DNA of 64,000 nucleotides from Squalus acanthias (Eukaryota). Positions 62,298 to 64,000 of the stretch are shown piece by piece (within the stretch, counting starts at the first letter, position 1; each line of letters begins with the position of its first letter). A program made the translations under genes and the position numbers. The notes below the pieces were generated by a model. It had not been told where the DNA came from, made no database searches, and saw nothing but the letters and a program-made list of their open reading frames with translations. Location: the NCBI GenBank assembly GCA_030390025.1, contig CM059433.1, forward strand, positions 23,438,001 to 23,502,000. Reading direction: 5' to 3'.

Positions 62298-63612
62298 ATG
62301 GGAACCATTCGATTTCTGTCACCATGGACCTCAGATGAGGATGAGGAGTATCCACGGCTGCAGCAGAACCAGGCAGCTCAGGAGCAACAGCAGCAGGAGC
62401 CCCAACCTCCTGCTCAGGCAGCTCAGCAGCAACAGCACAGGGCAGAAGGCGCCAGCGCATCGAGGCACCTCGCCGCAGGAGATACCCCCGACAGAGGGTT
62501 TACAGACAGAGGATGAGCTACCTCAACATGAGTGAGCAGCAGTGCCAAAGGAGGCTGAGACTTTCGCGAGAGGTTGTCCGAGAGATCTGCGGACTGCTGC
62601 AGAATGACCTGGCGCCCAGAAGAACGGGTGGACACCCCTTACCAGTGGCTGTCAAAGTCACCACTGCACTCAACTTCTTTGCCTCAGGTTCCTTCCAGGG
62701 ATCATCAGCAGACATCAGCGGCATCTCCCAGTCGGCCGCCCACAGTTGCATCACGCAGGTTACCGATGCCCTTTTTGCTAAGGCCCACAATTACATCCAC
62801 TTCTCAAGGGATCAAGCAAGTATAACCGCCCGTGCGATTGGCTTTGCAAATATGGCAGGCATGCCAATGGTGCATGGCGTCATAGACTGCACACATGTGG
62901 CCCTTAGGGCACTCCATCACAACCCAGCTATCTTTGTCAACCGAAAGGGCTTCCACTCCCTCAACGTACAGCTGGTGTGTAACCACAAGAAGGAGTTCTT
63001 GCATGTTTGCGCCAAGTTCTGTGGTAGCTGCCATGACTCTTTCATCCTGCGGCACTCTAGTGTTCCTCCGCTTTTCAATCCGCCAAACCAACTTAACGGA
63101 TGGCTCCTTGTCTCCCCTGCCCCTGAAGAAGTGGCTAATGACGCCGATCAGGAGGCCAGCTAACGAGGCTGAAGAGCGCTACAACGCCAGGCACACTTCG
63201 ACCAGGTCCATCATCGAGCAAACCATTGGGTTATTGAAGATGCACTTCCGTTGCCTTGACCGATCAGGTGGAGCCCTGCAGTATACACCATACAGGGTCT
63301 CCAGAATGGTCGTGGTCTGCTGTGCACTGCACAACATCGCACAGCGTCGTGGCTTACAGCTTCCTGAGGAGCAAGTGGCTCAGTTCCAGCCTCCTCAGAT
63401 GATGATGAGGATGAGGAGGAGGAGGAGGCTGAGGAGGAGGAGGATCTGGAGGAGGTGGAGGAGGTGGAGGAGGAGGAGGAGAGGAGGAGGAGGAGGAGGA
63501 GGAGGAGGAGGAGGTCAGAGCGCCGGTGTATCGACCAGCGGCAGTGGCAGCACATGAGCACATGGCTGCCCGGGATGCAAGGGATGAACTTATCCTGGCC
63601 AGATTTGCATAG
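62298..63612 (+). pseudogene. Harbinger (HARBI1-like) transposase, frameshifted
   Basis: [67 protein letters not shown]. The GDKGY motif is deleted. Confidence 0.95.
63400..63513. repeat. (GAG)n microsatellite in the transposase tail
   Basis: Run of GAG/GAT triplets. Confidence 0.97.
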
Positions 63613-64000
63613 GTTGCCCAAGTTGGCACATGTCCTTGGCTCCATCCTAAGACATCATTGACAATGGACATAACTCTCTGGCCTCCTTTCACTGGGGCCA
63701 CCAACCTGACAATGCAAGTGTGATGGAGCCCGCACTGTGGAGTTGCCTAAGGCGAAAGAACAGATGCCATAATGCCAGTATTTTGGCATCAAACCATTTT
63801 AATGCTTTCCAAAAGGGATGGCATTTCATCAAATCCTGGGGAATGATCCAAGGCAGCAAGATGCCATAAAATCAGACTGAAAAAGTGCTGTCAGCAGAGT
63901 CGGGTTTCAGTCCCAAAATACTAATTGCGCAAGGGCAACCCACACTTATGAAATCAAGTTGTCAGTTATGGGAAAATCTCAATTTTTTGAAAACTCTCAG

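Larger units (their letters stand above)
61688..64000 (+). mobile_element. PIF/Harbinger copy E (right end not resolved in the window)
   Basis: Starts TTA|GGGCTGCATTTT and contains a transposase. Confidence 0.8.

Overview
Repeat-dominated eukaryotic (vertebrate) genomic DNA. The repeat repertoire (CR1 LINEs with esterase ORF1, Deu-domain SINE, intron-containing two-gene PIF/Harbinger transposons and their MITEs, L2 relics) suggests a cartilaginous fish; this is inference, not a database result. No intact host gene is recognisable. The standout element is an endogenous foamy-virus-like (spumaretrovirus) provirus at 25260-30663. It has two LTRs (about 4% divergent by manual count), a 4-bp ATTG target-site duplication, a tRNA-Lys-type PBS, RNase H and integrase remnants with foamy-specific motifs, and an env start overlapping the end of pol. 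Most of gag, PR/RT, env and any accessory genes are deleted. What remains resembles the cis-element layout of engineered foamy vectors. Also present: a probable 1.9-kb solo LTR carrying a hairpin cluster, a third possible solo LTR, five Harbinger copies, several MITEs (one inside the viral integrase), two near-full-length decayed CR1 elements, and weak candidate host exons.
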